Of a DNA stretch of 64,000 nt, positions 37,503 to 47,901 are shown in pieces. The notes under the pieces are model-generated. The model was not told where the DNA came from, made no database searches, and saw only the letters and a program-made list of their open reading frames with translations. Source of the DNA: Terriglobia bacterium (GTDB lineage Bacteria > Acidobacteriota > Terriglobia > 2-12-FULL-54-10); NCBI GenBank assembly GCA_963666975.2, contig CAXVYR010000003.1:928001-992000 (forward strand). Reading direction: 5' to 3'. Numbering within the stretch: position 1 is the stretch's first letter; each line of letters begins with the position of its first letter. The position numbers were made by a program, and so were the translations under genes.

Positions 37503-39230
37503 ATGAGGAGATTGACGCATAATCTAGTTCTCTTTATTGCAACCGCGTTGCTGTGCTTTATCCCTGTGCGCGTTGTGGCGCAGGGAGGGCAGTCCACTCC
37601 TCTAGTGATTGAGGGGGGAACCCTCATTGACGGCAATGGAGGACAAACCGTTCGGGACGTCCTGATCGTCATCCGGGGAAACCGCATTGCGACTGTATCC
37701 CGCAAGGGACAAGCAACCTACCCGGTGGGGGCCCGGGTGCTGCGTGCCGATGGGAAATTCATTATTCCAGGCCTCATAGACTCCCACGTCCACTATCGCG
37801 AATACATGGGCGAAATGTTTCTCGCCTACGGTGTCACAGCCGTCTACGATCTGGGGAACCCCTTCCACTGGCAAACAGCCGTTCGGAAAGGGTTGAACGA
37901 AGGTAATATCCGGGGCCCCCGCTTCTACTTTTGCGGCATAGTGACCCTCCTGCGCGATGGAGAAGACGAAAGCAGAGGCGGCCCTACGATTCGTACGCGG
38001 GACATTGCTTTTATGCGGGGTCCGGAGGATGCCCGGCAGGCCGTCGCCATACTCCGGGAGAAAGCGGACTGCGTGAAGTTGAACGAGTTCATGCAGGAAG
38101 ACATCTTCGCCCCCATCGCGCGGGAGGCGCGCGCAGCCGGCATGGGAGTGATCTCTCACTCGCTGGATACGATGGACTCGGTCAATTGGGGGATCACCGG
38201 CATTGAACACATGACCGGGATTGCGATCTCCACCATTCGTACCCAAGAGGGACGCGCCGCCCTGAAGGAGATGGACATCTCCGCAGGACACAAGAACAGC
38301 TTCCTGTACCAATGGATGGAGCCAGCGTACTTTGACGAACTCATCCAATCCCTGGTCCAGCGAAATGTGTTCATCAATCCGACACTGCACTTTGAGTGGA
38401 AAGCCCTGACAGAACACGCGCGAGAGCACGAGTTGGAAGACGCGCGGCTGCTGAACCATCCCGACCTCCAGTACGTTCCACTCAGCGAGCGGCTGGTCTT
38501 CTTAGGTCAGTACCACTGGGCAGACAACAGATCCCCGGCGGAAAAGGAGCAGTTCCGCCAGGGCCATCGCAAAGTGCAGGAGTTCCTCCGCCGCTTTGTC
38601 CAGGCCGGAGGCAAAATCTATTCCGGCACCGACGCAGCGGCCGCGCTCACACCGGGACTCAGCCTGCACCACGAAATGGAGCTTCTGGTGGATGCGGGCC
38701 TGACTCCCATGCAATCGATCCAAAGCTCCACTCTTTGGGCAGCAGAGATCATTGGATTGCAAGACAAACTGGGCACCATCGAGCCTGGCAAATTCGCGGA
38801 CTTGGTGATTCTCAGCAATAATCCGCTGGAAGATATTCGCAATACAAAGGCTGTTGATCAGGTAATTCGCGGCGGCGAGATCATGGACACGAGCTTCCAC
38901 AGCGACTATCAGTTTCCCTTCCACCTCTACGGGCCGGAGTCCAAGCACCTATATAATCCCCTTCCCGTGCTCGCAGATATCAATCCTCCCCTGTCGCCGC
39001 AGGGAAGCGAAGTCAGGCTGCGCGTGCTCGGCAGCGGGTTCGTGCCCAGCTCCGTGGTAAAGGCCGGCGAGTTGACGATCCCCACGCGCTGGGTCAGCGC
39101 CACGGAACTGGAAGCCACTCTCACCAAAGCTCACACCATGCGCGTGGGGACTTTCCTGATCACAGTCAAGACCCCGCTGCCAGGCGGCGGGGCCACAGAT
39201 CCGCTGGAGTTTTACATCACGTACCCGTGA
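37503..39230 (+). CDS. secreted amidohydrolase with C-terminal IPT/TIG-like domain
   Basis: signal peptide; IIPGLIDSHVH, GTD, GTIEPGKFADLVIL; P.L..I.P..LRVLGSGF..T.WVSATEL.A. Confidence 0.88.
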   Translation: MRRLTHNLVLFIATALLCFIPVRVVAQGGQSTPLVIEGGTLIDGNGGQTVRDVLIVIRGNRIATVSRKGQATYPVGARVLRADGKFIIPGLIDSHVHYREYMGEMFLAYGVTAVYDLGNPFHWQTAVRKGLNEGNIRGPRFYFCGIVTLLRDGEDESRGGPTIRTRDIAFMRGPEDARQAVAILREKADCVKLNEFMQEDIFAPIAREARAAGMGVISHSLDTMDSVNWGITGIEHMTGIAISTIRTQEGRAALKEMDISAGHKNSFLYQWMEPAYFDELIQSLVQRNVFINPTLHFEWKALTEHAREHELEDARLLNHPDLQYVPLSERLVFLGQYHWADNRSPAEKEQFRQGHRKVQEFLRRFVQAGGKIYSGTDAAAALTPGLSLHHEMELLVDAGLTPMQSIQSSTLWAAEIIGLQDKLGTIEPGKFADLVILSNNPLEDIRNTKAVDQVIRGGEIMDTSFHSDYQFPFHLYGPESKHLYNPLPVLADINPPLSPQGSEVRLRVLGSGFVPSSVVKAGELTIPTRWVSATELEATLTKAHTMRVGTFLITVKTPLPGGGATDPLEFYITYP

Positions 39231-39348
39231 CGGACCCAACCATGATTACGATGAGGTGGAATTAAATTAGACAGCTGTCGGAAGCTGCCGCGGCAACGGC
39301 AGCCATAGTGGTCCCAATTGTACGACCCCTGACAAGAGGAGGACAGAC

Positions 39349-39688
39349 ATGATCAGGATTTTATTCTTCATCACGTCCCTTGTGTTCGCAGTGATCACGC
39401 CCTCGGCATTTATGCAGCGGGTCCCGGCGTCGCCCGGCAGTCTGATCTCCATCTTCGGAGTGGAGATAGCCGACGCGACCGGCGCATCGCCCGCGCTTCC
39501 GCTGTCCACGCAGTTGGCGGGCACGGCAGTGGTGCTAGGGAGGGAACTCTCTTCCGTTGTTGTTTGCCAGCGAGGGCCGCCAGATCAACGCGATGGTTCC
39601 CAATGGCGTCCAAGCCGGCAACAACGTGCCGGTGGTGCTTAACGTGGCGGGGCAGAGCAGCCCCCCAGTCACCATGGCAGTGCAATAG
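39349..39688 (+). pseudogene. remnant of a Solibacter-type C-terminal domain (TIGR03437-like) protein
   Basis: PASPGSLISIFG..LPLSTQLAGT.V, then in another frame QINAMVP..VPVVLNVAGQSSPPVTMAVQ*. Confidence 0.6.
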
Positions 39689-39783
39689 CGGTCAACGAGC
39701 CGATTGCCGTTTTATGGTTGCCAATTGACTTCGCACTTTCCGCTGCGTATGTTGTCTGAGCGCCTGCTCAGGCAGCTTGCCTT

Positions 39784-40107
39784 ATGGAGACCATTGCCGC
39801 TGCCGCCATTCTGATCTATGCCGCCGTTCTGGTCATTGGTGGCGTCGTGGGCTGGCGTCTCTCCGGCAGCCGGATGTCTTTCACTGCCAGTCTGATCAGC
39901 GCCGCCCTGCTCACCACCACCTGCCGCCTGTCGCACAACTCCTCTTTTGGCGGCTACCTAATGGCCACCATCGTGTCGCTGGCCCTTGGCATTTTGTTTG
40001 CTGTGCGGTTTCGCAAAGCAGGAAAGTTTCTTCCCTCTGGAATGATGCTGATCCTCAGCCTTGTTGTTGTCATTCTTTTAGGGTGGACCATCGTCCTCTC
40101 TTGGTAA
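39784..40107 (+). CDS. TMEM14-family membrane protein
   Basis: YAAVLVIGGVVG...GS.MSF.A, RFRKAGKFLPSG. Confidence 0.8.
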   Translation: METIAAAAILIYAAVLVIGGVVGWRLSGSRMSFTASLISAALLTTTCRLSHNSSFGGYLMATIVSLALGILFAVRFRKAGKFLPSGMMLILSLVVVILLGWTIVLSW

Positions 40108-40262
40108 AAGTTGCCGCAGACATTGCGGGATGGGAATAACGAACAAGAGAGCCGGCATATCGCCTGGAACAGGAATATCTGGCATCTTCCTTTAGCTTTG
40201 GTTTTGGGTTCGGCTCTGGCGGGTGGCGATTTTTCCCGTCTCTTCTCCATGCTCGATTTCCC

Positions 40263-41291
40263 TTACAAGGAAGGTATTTGATCCGAGGTATTACGCTGAG
40301 CCTGTTCGATCTTCTGAATGGTATTTTGAACTTCCTCAGCCTGGGGTGCGTCAGGATGGTATTCCAAAAATGCTTCCAGCTCTCTGAGGGCTTTCTTGTA
40401 TTCTGAACGCCGCAGGTGTATTTCCGCCAGCGATATCCGCGGATTGGAAAAATGACCGGGGTCGAGTTCCTTCGCCAATTCCAGATAGGTCAAGGCACGG
40501 TCATAATCACCCAGCATGAAATAGCTGAAGCCGAGCTGCGCATTGGCCAGGGGATCGCGGGGACGCTCGTTCTGCGTGTGCAGATTGATCTCCAATGCCT
40601 CGCGGGAACGCCCCTGAGCCAGCAATGCCCCGCCCAAGTTGATCATCGGCTGATAGGCCCCGGGCTCCTGATCCAGCGCCTCGCGAAAATAACGCTCCGC
40701 TCTGGCGAAATCCTTTTTTTGGAAGTAGATTGTTCCCAGGTTATTGAGCGCCTGCACAAACTGGGGAGCCTGCTCCACCGCCTTCTCCAGATGCTCGATC
40801 GCGCCGTCAGCATCGCGCCGCTCCAGCCGCTTCCGCGCCTTCCTGTATTCACCGCGGGCTTTTCGGGAGATGCTCAACTCGCGTACGGAGACCGTATCCT
40901 CAAAAACAGGAATGGCCCGAACCTGCAAGGCCTCCTCATCAAAAACAAATTCTTTTTTCACCCTTCCTTTCGGATCGGAAAAACTTCGGGTGATCTCGAC
41001 GGTTTGACGAATCTCCCCGTAATTCGGAACCAAGATCGCCAGGCTATAGGTGCCGGGCTGCAGCTTGCTAAACTTAAAGCGGCCCCGGGAATCTGCCCAC
41101 TTCTGCGAAGTGAACGGCGATTCCATGCCCACCAAAGCAACGGACATTCGGGCTTGCCGGGCCAAGGTTCCCGGCGGCAGCGTAATTTGTCCGCGGAACT
41201 CCAGCAGCGGAGTAGTCGCTGCCTCTGCCAGCACCGGAAGAACCAGCAAGGAAAGACCTAAAACCAGCCCCCAAGATCGCGCCGAGCGCAT
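40263..41291 (-). CDS. secreted TPR protein with carboxypeptidase-regulatory-like domain
   Basis: signal peptide; DSRGRFKFSKL.PGTYSL; multiple TPRs (ALNNLGTIY, NLGGALL). Confidence 0.8.
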   Translation of the reverse strand: MRSARSWGLVLGLSLLVLPVLAEAATTPLLEFRGQITLPPGTLARQARMSVALVGMESPFTSQKWADSRGRFKFSKLQPGTYSLAILVPNYGEIRQTVEITRSFSDPKGRVKKEFVFDEEALQVRAIPVFEDTVSVRELSISRKARGEYRKARKRLERRDADGAIEHLEKAVEQAPQFVQALNNLGTIYFQKKDFARAERYFREALDQEPGAYQPMINLGGALLAQGRSREALEINLHTQNERPRDPLANAQLGFSYFMLGDYDRALTYLELAKELDPGHFSNPRISLAEIHLRRSEYKKALRELEAFLEYHPDAPQAEEVQNTIQKIEQAQRNTSDQIPSL

Positions 41292-41619
41292 CCGTAGCGC
41301 CCCTTGAAATAAACAGACTGTCCGGATAATGGCCAGTTGCGCCATGTCCCTATCGCCAGCGTGCGGAAGCATTTCCATCTGATTCCTAATTATATTCCGG
41401 CTTCCCTTCTCTCCACAATTGCGCGCCTGCAATGGAATTGTATCACTGGAGGCTTCCTTCCGGTTACCGCCTGCGATACACCTCTGCAACTGGAAGTTGC
41501 ATCGCAGGTCAATTGCCCTTAAAATAACCCGTTCCGAAGCCTTAGGCTAGCGGATTTGCTTGAGGCTGGCGGCGCTATTTGCAATATAGCGGTGATTGTA
41601 TTTCCTTAGGAGTAAAAGA

Positions 41620-43227
41620 ATGGACCATCAGGGATGGAACCCCAGCACATATGGGATTGAAGAGCACGGCATTACGAATGCGAACATTGTTTATTGGAAC
41701 CTTCCTGCCGGAGCGTTGTACGAGCATGCTCTTCAGCGCAGCGAGGGAAAAACCGCCCACCTCGGACCTCTGGTAGTCAGCACGGGACATTATACCGGCC
41801 GCTCGCCGAATGACAAGTTTATCGTGCAAGAACCCGGCAGCCAGAGCAACATCTGGTGGGGAGCCGTCAACCGGCCCTTTGAGCAAGATCGGTTCGACCG
41901 CCTTTATCAGCGCGTGATGGGATTTCTGCAAGGCAAGGACCTGTTTGTGCAGGACTGCTTCGCGGGCGCGGACCCCAGCTACCGGAAGCCTATCCGCGTG
42001 ATCAGCGAGTATGCATGGCACAGCCTGTTTGCCCGCAACATGTTCATTCGTCCGGACTGGTCCAAGGTCCGGGAGCATGTGCCGGAGTACACCATCATCG
42101 CCGCCCCCAACTTTCAAGCCACGCCTGCAGTGGACGGAACCAAGTCGGAAGCATTCATTCTGGTTCACTTTGGCCGGAAACTGGTGCTCATCGGCGGCAC
42201 CGAGTATGCGGGCGAAATTAAAAAATCCGTCTTTACGATCATGAACTATTGCCTGCCGCTGGAAAACATCTTCTCCATGCACTGCTCGGCGAACATCGGT
42301 CAAGAGGGAGATGTAGCTCTTTTCTTCGGCCTCTCCGGCACAGGCAAGACCACGCTCTCCACCGACGCCAGTCGCAAACTGATCGGCGATGATGAGCATG
42401 GCTGGAGCGACCGGGGTGTCTTCAACTTCGAGGGCGGGTGCTACGCCAAAGTGATCCGCCTCTCTCCCGAGGCTGAGCCGGAAATCTACCAGACCACTCG
42501 CCAGTTCGGCACAGTGCTGGAAAATGTCGTCATGGACCCGGTGACCCGGCGTCTGAACCTGGATGATGACTCGCTCACGGAAAATACCCGAGGTTGCTAC
42601 CCCATCAACCAAATTGACAACTGCGAGCTTTCCGGCATGGGAGGGCACCCACGGAACCTCATCATGCTGACCGCCGACGCCTTCGGGGTCATGCCTCCGG
42701 TGAGCAAGTTGACGCCTGAGCAGGCCATGTACCATTTCCTTTCAGGCTACACCGCGAAGGTGGCGGGCACGGAAAGGGGGATGGGCAGCGAACCGCAGGC
42801 TACTTTCAGCACCTGTTTCGGCGCTCCCTTTATGGCCCTTCACCCGTCGGTCTATGCCAATCTGCTGCGCGATAAGATTGCAAAGCACAAAACGCACTGC
42901 TGGCTGGTGAACACAGGATGGAGCGGGGGGCCGTTCGGAGTCGGCAAGCGCATCAAGATCGCGTACACCCGGGCGATGGTCCGCGCCATACTGAGCGGCA
43001 AGCTCGCCTCGGTGCCCACCAAAAAAGACCCTATCTTCGGTCTCCAAATTCCTCAAACCTGCGAAGGCGTTCCGGCAGAAATTCTCTGGCCCAGCACTAC
43101 CTGGAAAAATGCCGCCGACTATGATGCCAAGGCGAAGGATTTAGCCCAAAGATTTGAGAAGAACTTCGAGGCATTCGCTCCCAGTGTTTCTCCGGAAGTT
43201 TGCACCAGCGGCCCTAAAGTAAAATGA
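41620..43227 (+). CDS. pckA: phosphoenolpyruvate carboxykinase (ATP)
   Basis: TGRSP.DK, YAGEIKK, FGLSGTGKTTLS, LIGDDEHGW, NFEGGCYAK, NTGW. Confidence 0.97.
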   Translation: MDHQGWNPSTYGIEEHGITNANIVYWNLPAGALYEHALQRSEGKTAHLGPLVVSTGHYTGRSPNDKFIVQEPGSQSNIWWGAVNRPFEQDRFDRLYQRVMGFLQGKDLFVQDCFAGADPSYRKPIRVISEYAWHSLFARNMFIRPDWSKVREHVPEYTIIAAPNFQATPAVDGTKSEAFILVHFGRKLVLIGGTEYAGEIKKSVFTIMNYCLPLENIFSMHCSANIGQEGDVALFFGLSGTGKTTLSTDASRKLIGDDEHGWSDRGVFNFEGGCYAKVIRLSPEAEPEIYQTTRQFGTVLENVVMDPVTRRLNLDDDSLTENTRGCYPINQIDNCELSGMGGHPRNLIMLTADAFGVMPPVSKLTPEQAMYHFLSGYTAKVAGTERGMGSEPQATFSTCFGAPFMALHPSVYANLLRDKIAKHKTHCWLVNTGWSGGPFGVGKRIKIAYTRAMVRAILSGKLASVPTKKDPIFGLQIPQTCEGVPAEILWPSTTWKNAADYDAKAKDLAQRFEKNFEAFAPSVSPEVCTSGPKVK

Positions 43228-43263
43228 GCCGGTTCTTGTTCTGAGAGTGGCCCTTCTTGGTTT

Positions 43264-43305
43264 GGTGGTTTAGCAACGGTGGTTTAGCAGCGGTGCCTTA
43301 GCAGC
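43264..43305. repeat. 14-bp tandem repeat x3
   Basis: GGTGGTTTAGCAAC GGTGGTTTAGCAGC GGTGCCTTAGCAGC between convergent genes. Confidence 0.8.
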
Positions 43306-43308
43306 AAA

Positions 43309-44268
43309 TCAGCGATTACCGTCGAACAGCGCCTTCATGTTCGCCCGGTACCATTCGACCGTTTTCTCAAGCCCTTCTTCAAACAGAACCGTAGGTTCAT
43401 AGCCGAGATGCTGCCGGGCCTGGCTGATGTCTGCCTGGGAGTGCAATATGTCGCCGGGGCGCGGGGCGGCGTAGATGGGCTCCACATCGGCCCCGATGAT
43501 CCGTCGCAGCGTGGCAAACGTCTTGTTGAGTGTCTGCCGCTCGCCGGTAGCCACGTTCAGCACCTTCCCGGCTACCTGAGAAGCCGTGCATGCAAGCAAG
43601 TTGGCCTGCACTGCATTGTCAACATAAGTAAAGTCGCGGGAGTGCTCGCCATCGCCAAAGATCGTCGGCCGCTTGCCTTGCAGCAGAGAAGTAATAAATA
43701 GCGATAAAACACCCGAGTAGGGCGAAGTGGGGTCCTGGCGCGGGCCGAAGATGTTGAAATACCTTAAGCTCACCGTTTCCAGTCCATAGGTTTGCGTAAA
43801 AACCATGGCGTACATTTCCCCCACCAGCTTGGTAATGGCATAGGGAGAAATGGGGTTGGACGGCATGGACTCGACTTTGGGCAGGGTTGGAGTATCCCCA
43901 TAGGCGGAAGAGGACGCCGCATAGACTACGCGTTTCACACCGGCGTCCCGCGCAGCCACCAGCAGGCTGAGCGTCGCGTCGATGTTCATCTGGTTGCTGG
44001 TAACGGGATCAGTGACCGACCGGGGCACAGAAGGCAATGCGGCCTGGTGCAGAACATAATCGACACCCGCCAGCGCGGGACGGAGACGCTCCAGGTCGTT
44101 GAGATCCACCTCCTGGAACTCAATCCGGTCCAGCACTTCGGTAAGGTTCTGCGGCTTGCCGGTCAGGAAGTTGTCTACCACCCGAACCTGCTCGCCGCGC
44201 CGCAGCAATTCACGCACCAGAGCGGAACCGATAAACCCCGCTCCGCCAGTTACCAGGTAAAGAGCCAT
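43309..44268 (-). CDS. NDP-sugar 4-epimerase (extended SDR, WbpP-like)
   Basis: GGAGFIG, HQAALPSVPRS, AASSSAYG, YAITK, LRYFNIFGPRQDP. Confidence 0.92.
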   Translation of the reverse strand: MALYLVTGGAGFIGSALVRELLRRGEQVRVVDNFLTGKPQNLTEVLDRIEFQEVDLNDLERLRPALAGVDYVLHQAALPSVPRSVTDPVTSNQMNIDATLSLLVAARDAGVKRVVYAASSSAYGDTPTLPKVESMPSNPISPYAITKLVGEMYAMVFTQTYGLETVSLRYFNIFGPRQDPTSPYSGVLSLFITSLLQGKRPTIFGDGEHSRDFTYVDNAVQANLLACTASQVAGKVLNVATGERQTLNKTFATLRRIIGADVEPIYAAPRPGDILHSQADISQARQHLGYEPTVLFEEGLEKTVEWYRANMKALFDGNR

Positions 44269-44407
44269 AGTACCTCCGAAGGGTAACTGTAATCGGCTGC
44301 CGAAGTGCTGTCAATCTTCACCCTGCCGGGAGTGCCGGTCCAGTTACCAAAACCGTCCGGCAGCCTCAACTTTGCTCCCACAAAACCTTTCTGTTATTAT
44401 CCTTACC

Positions 44408-47400
44408 ATGCAGCCGAAAGAGTTCGTGCACCTGCATCTGCACACCGATTACAGCTTGCTGGATGGCGCCTGCCAGATTTCCGGGTTGGTGGACCGGGCC
44501 CTTCGTCAGAAAATGCCGGCTGTTGCGGTAACCGACCACGGCAACCTGTTCGGGGCGATTTCTTTTCACAAATCCGCCACCGCGCGCGGACTGAAGCCGA
44601 TTGTGGGATGCGAAGTGTATGTTTCCCAGCAGGGGCGATTCACCCGCCATGAGTCCGACCGCTACAATCATCTCGTTCTGCTTTGCGCCAATCAACAGGG
44701 TTACCGAAATCTTGTCAAACTGGTTTCCGCCGGATATCTGGAAGGTTTCTACTACAAGCCCCGCATTGACAAAGACCTTCTGGCCAGCCACTCCGAGGGT
44801 TTGATTGCTCTTTCGGCTTGCCTACGGGGAGAAGTGGCCGAGGCTCTTCTGGCGGAGAAGATGGACGAAGCCCGCCGCGTGGCGTATCAGTTCCAAGATA
44901 TCTTCGGGAAGGAGAATTTTTTCCTGGAGATCCAGGATCAGGGGCTCGATGCGGAGAAGCGAATTAATCCCCTCCTTGTGGAACTGTCCCAGCAAACCGA
45001 CATCCCGCTGGTGGCAACCAACGACTGCCACTATCTCAGCCAGGAGGACTCCCGCGCCCACGACGTGCTGCTCTGTATCCAGACGGGCCGAACCGTTGGC
45101 GATACGAAGCGGATGAAGTTTGCCACGGACCAGTTTTACATGAAGTCTTACGAGGAGATGATGCAGGTTTTCCGGGAACTGCCCGATGCAGTAGGACGGA
45201 CGGCGGAGATCGCTGCCCGATGTGACTTGCAACTGGAAAAGGTGGCACATCCCTTCCCTCACTTCGATGTCCCTCCCGACGAAACGCTGGACAGCTACTT
45301 TGCGCGAGTCGCCCGCGAAGGTTTCCAGGCACGGCGGGAAAAGCTCGAGGAAAAAGCGAGCCGGGGCGAGTTGCGGCAGACTCTGAATGCTTACGAAGAG
45401 CGCCTGGAAAAAGAAATTCTGACCATCCAGCAGATGCAGTTTCCCGGGTATTTTTTGATCGTCTGGGACTTTGTTCGTTTTGCCAAACAGAAAAACATTC
45501 CTGTGGGGCCGGGGCGAGGCTCGGCGGCAGGCAGCTTGGTTTCCTATTCGCTCGGAATCACCGGCATCGACCCGCTCCAGCACAACCTGCTGTTTGAACG
45601 CTTCCTCAACCCGGAACGGGTTTCCCTTCCCGATATCGATATCGACTTCTGCATGAACCGCCGTGGCGAGGTCATTGATTACGTGACGAATAAGTACGGC
45701 CGCAAGAATGTGGCGCAGATCATCACCTTTGGGACGATGGCCGCCAAGGCAGCTATCAAGGATGCCGCGCGCGCAATGGAATTTTCCTACGGGGAAGCGG
45801 ATCGAATCGCCAAGCTGGTACCGAGTGTCCTGAACATCACGCTCGAACAGGCCTTGCGCCAGTCCCCTGCCCTGGCCAGCCTGGTGGAGCAAGACCCGCG
45901 CGTGGCGGATCTGATGGGGATCGCCCGGCGGCTGGAAGGCATGGTCCGGCACGCCTCCACCCACGCCGCAGGAGTGGTTATTTCTCCGCAGCCCCTCACC
46001 GAGATGATCCCTCTCTACCGGAGCAATAAGGAAGAGATCGTCACCGAATATGACATGAACGGCCTGGAGACCGTCGGCTTGCTCAAGATGGATTTCCTGG
46101 GCCTGACTACCCTGACCGTGGTGGATGACACGCTCCAGTTGATCGAGTCCACGCGGGGCGAAAAGATCGATCTGGACCTGCTGCCGCTCGACGACCAAGC
46201 CACCTACGAGCTTTTTTCCAAGGGTCTGACAAGCGGTATCTTCCAGTTTGAATCCAGCGGGATGCGGGATATTCTCCGCCGTTACCGCCCTTCCCGCCTG
46301 GAGGATCTGACGGCGCTGAACGCCCTGTACCGGCCAGGGCCGCTGCAGGGCGGGATGATCGATGACTTCATCCAGCGGAAACATGGAAAAAAACCCATCA
46401 CCTACGACTTACCCGAGTTGCAGGAGATCCTTTCGGAGACTTACGGCGTCATCGTCTATCAGGAACAGGTCATGCAGATCGCCAACCGCTTGGCGGGATT
46501 CAGCCTGGGACAAGCGGACCTGCTGCGCCGCGCCATGGGCAAGAAAAAACATAAGGAAATGGCAGCCCAGCGCGAGCGCTTTGTCAAAGGGGCCGTCGAC
46601 AACGGTTTTCCGAAAAAGAAGGTGGTTCGCATCTTCGATCTGATGGAGCAGTTCGCCGGCTACGGATTTAATAAATCCCACTCGGCCGCCTATGCCTTCC
46701 TGGCCTATATCACCGCCTACCTGAAGACTCATTACCCGGTGGAGTTCATGGCGGCGGTGCTGACCAGTGAAACCGGCAATACGGATAAGCTGGTTCAATA
46801 TATCAACGAGTGCCGGGAACTGAACATCCCGCTCTTACCCCCGGATATTCAGACCAGTTCGTGGAGCTTCACTCCCGCAGGCGATTCCATCCTCTTCGGG
46901 CTGGGAGCCATCAAAAATGTGGGCTACAGCGCCATCGATTCCATTTTGGCCGCGCGGAAAAGCATCGGGAACTTCGAATCTCTCTACCAGTTCTGTGAGA
47001 TTGTCGATCTGCGCTTGCTCAACAAACGCGTGCTGGAAAGCCTGATCAAGGCCGGGGCGATGGACTGCCTGAAGGCGCGCCGCTCCCAATTGTTTGCCAG
47101 CGTGGACCGGGCCATGGAATCCGGCCAAAAGCTGCAGCGGGCCCGCGAATCCGGGCAGCATGATCTGTTTGGAGGCTCCTGGAAGCCTGCCACGGATCAA
47201 GCGCTGCTGCCGGATGTTGAGGACTGGCCCGAATCACAGACACTTGCCGGTGAGAAGGAAGTGCTAGGGTTCTACATCACCGGCCATCCCTTGCAAAAGT
47301 ATGAGGCCCAGCTGCGAAGTCTTGGCGCTGCCGAAACCTCCTCTCTCACGGATCATTCCCCGCAAGAGGAAGTGACCGTAGCCGGAATTATCGCCTCGGT

Positions 47401-47857
47401 GCGTGCAGCACGCAGCAAGAAAGGGGATCTGTGGGCTACTGTGGCATTGGAAGATCTGACGGGCAAAATAGAGTTGTTGATCTTTCCGGAAGCCTACCGC
47501 CGCCTGCATGAGCGTTTGCAGCTGGAAGCAATTGTTTTTGTTAAGGGGCGACTGCAAATGGAGGAAAACGCCCCTGTCCGAATCGTGGTTGCGGAGTTGA
47601 CTCCGATCGATACCGGAGTTTCGGGCCGATCCACTGTGCTCATCCGCGTCCGGCTGCAAGGGGAGAACGGAAGCGCTGCCCAGCGGTTATTCGATCTTTT
47701 TCGAGCAAAGCCCGGCAACGCATCCATACGTCTCGAACTGGAGCGGGGGCAGGACTTTCAAGCCCTTCTGGAGCCAGATATACAGGTACAGCCTGATGCC
47801 GAGTTTGTCTCCACCGTGGAACAGATCTGTGGAAAAGATTCCGTGCGCCTCGTCTAA
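44408..47857 (+). CDS. dnaE: DNA polymerase III alpha subunit
   Basis: HLHLHTDYSLLDG PHP domain, GPGRGSAAGS, PDIDIDF, KMDFLGL, YGFNKSH. Confidence 0.98.
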   Translation: MQPKEFVHLHLHTDYSLLDGACQISGLVDRALRQKMPAVAVTDHGNLFGAISFHKSATARGLKPIVGCEVYVSQQGRFTRHESDRYNHLVLLCANQQGYRNLVKLVSAGYLEGFYYKPRIDKDLLASHSEGLIALSACLRGEVAEALLAEKMDEARRVAYQFQDIFGKENFFLEIQDQGLDAEKRINPLLVELSQQTDIPLVATNDCHYLSQEDSRAHDVLLCIQTGRTVGDTKRMKFATDQFYMKSYEEMMQVFRELPDAVGRTAEIAARCDLQLEKVAHPFPHFDVPPDETLDSYFARVAREGFQARREKLEEKASRGELRQTLNAYEERLEKEILTIQQMQFPGYFLIVWDFVRFAKQKNIPVGPGRGSAAGSLVSYSLGITGIDPLQHNLLFERFLNPERVSLPDIDIDFCMNRRGEVIDYVTNKYGRKNVAQIITFGTMAAKAAIKDAARAMEFSYGEADRIAKLVPSVLNITLEQALRQSPALASLVEQDPRVADLMGIARRLEGMVRHASTHAAGVVISPQPLTEMIPLYRSNKEEIVTEYDMNGLETVGLLKMDFLGLTTLTVVDDTLQLIESTRGEKIDLDLLPLDDQATYELFSKGLTSGIFQFESSGMRDILRRYRPSRLEDLTALNALYRPGPLQGGMIDDFIQRKHGKKPITYDLPELQEILSETYGVIVYQEQVMQIANRLAGFSLGQADLLRRAMGKKKHKEMAAQRERFVKGAVDNGFPKKKVVRIFDLMEQFAGYGFNKSHSAAYAFLAYITAYLKTHYPVEFMAAVLTSETGNTDKLVQYINECRELNIPLLPPDIQTSSWSFTPAGDSILFGLGAIKNVGYSAIDSILAARKSIGNFESLYQFCEIVDLRLLNKRVLESLIKAGAMDCLKARRSQLFASVDRAMESGQKLQRARESGQHDLFGGSWKPATDQALLPDVEDWPESQTLAGEKEVLGFYITGHPLQKYEAQLRSLGAAETSSLTDHSPQEEVTVAGIIASVRAARSKKGDLWATVALEDLTGKIELLIFPEAYRRLHERLQLEAIVFVKGRLQMEENAPVRIVVAELTPIDTGVSGRSTVLIRVRLQGENGSAAQRLFDLFRAKPGNASIRLELERGQDFQALLEPDIQVQPDAEFVSTVEQICGKDSVRLV

Positions 47858-47901
47858 GGCGCAAGCCTAGCATCGAAATCGCCGCTAAGGAAGAATAACG
47901 A

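Noticed and set aside
43264-43305. 14-bp tandem repeat as a functional element
   Set aside because: Three copies between convergent genes; most simply a slippage product.
25303-46384. Long antisense ORFs 25303..26886, 27259..27951, 41575..42735 and 44822..46384
   Set aside because: Shadows of the kinase, transposase, pckA and dnaE.
44408-47857. Intein or split in dnaE
   Set aside because: Normal length (about 1149 aa) with continuous motifs.
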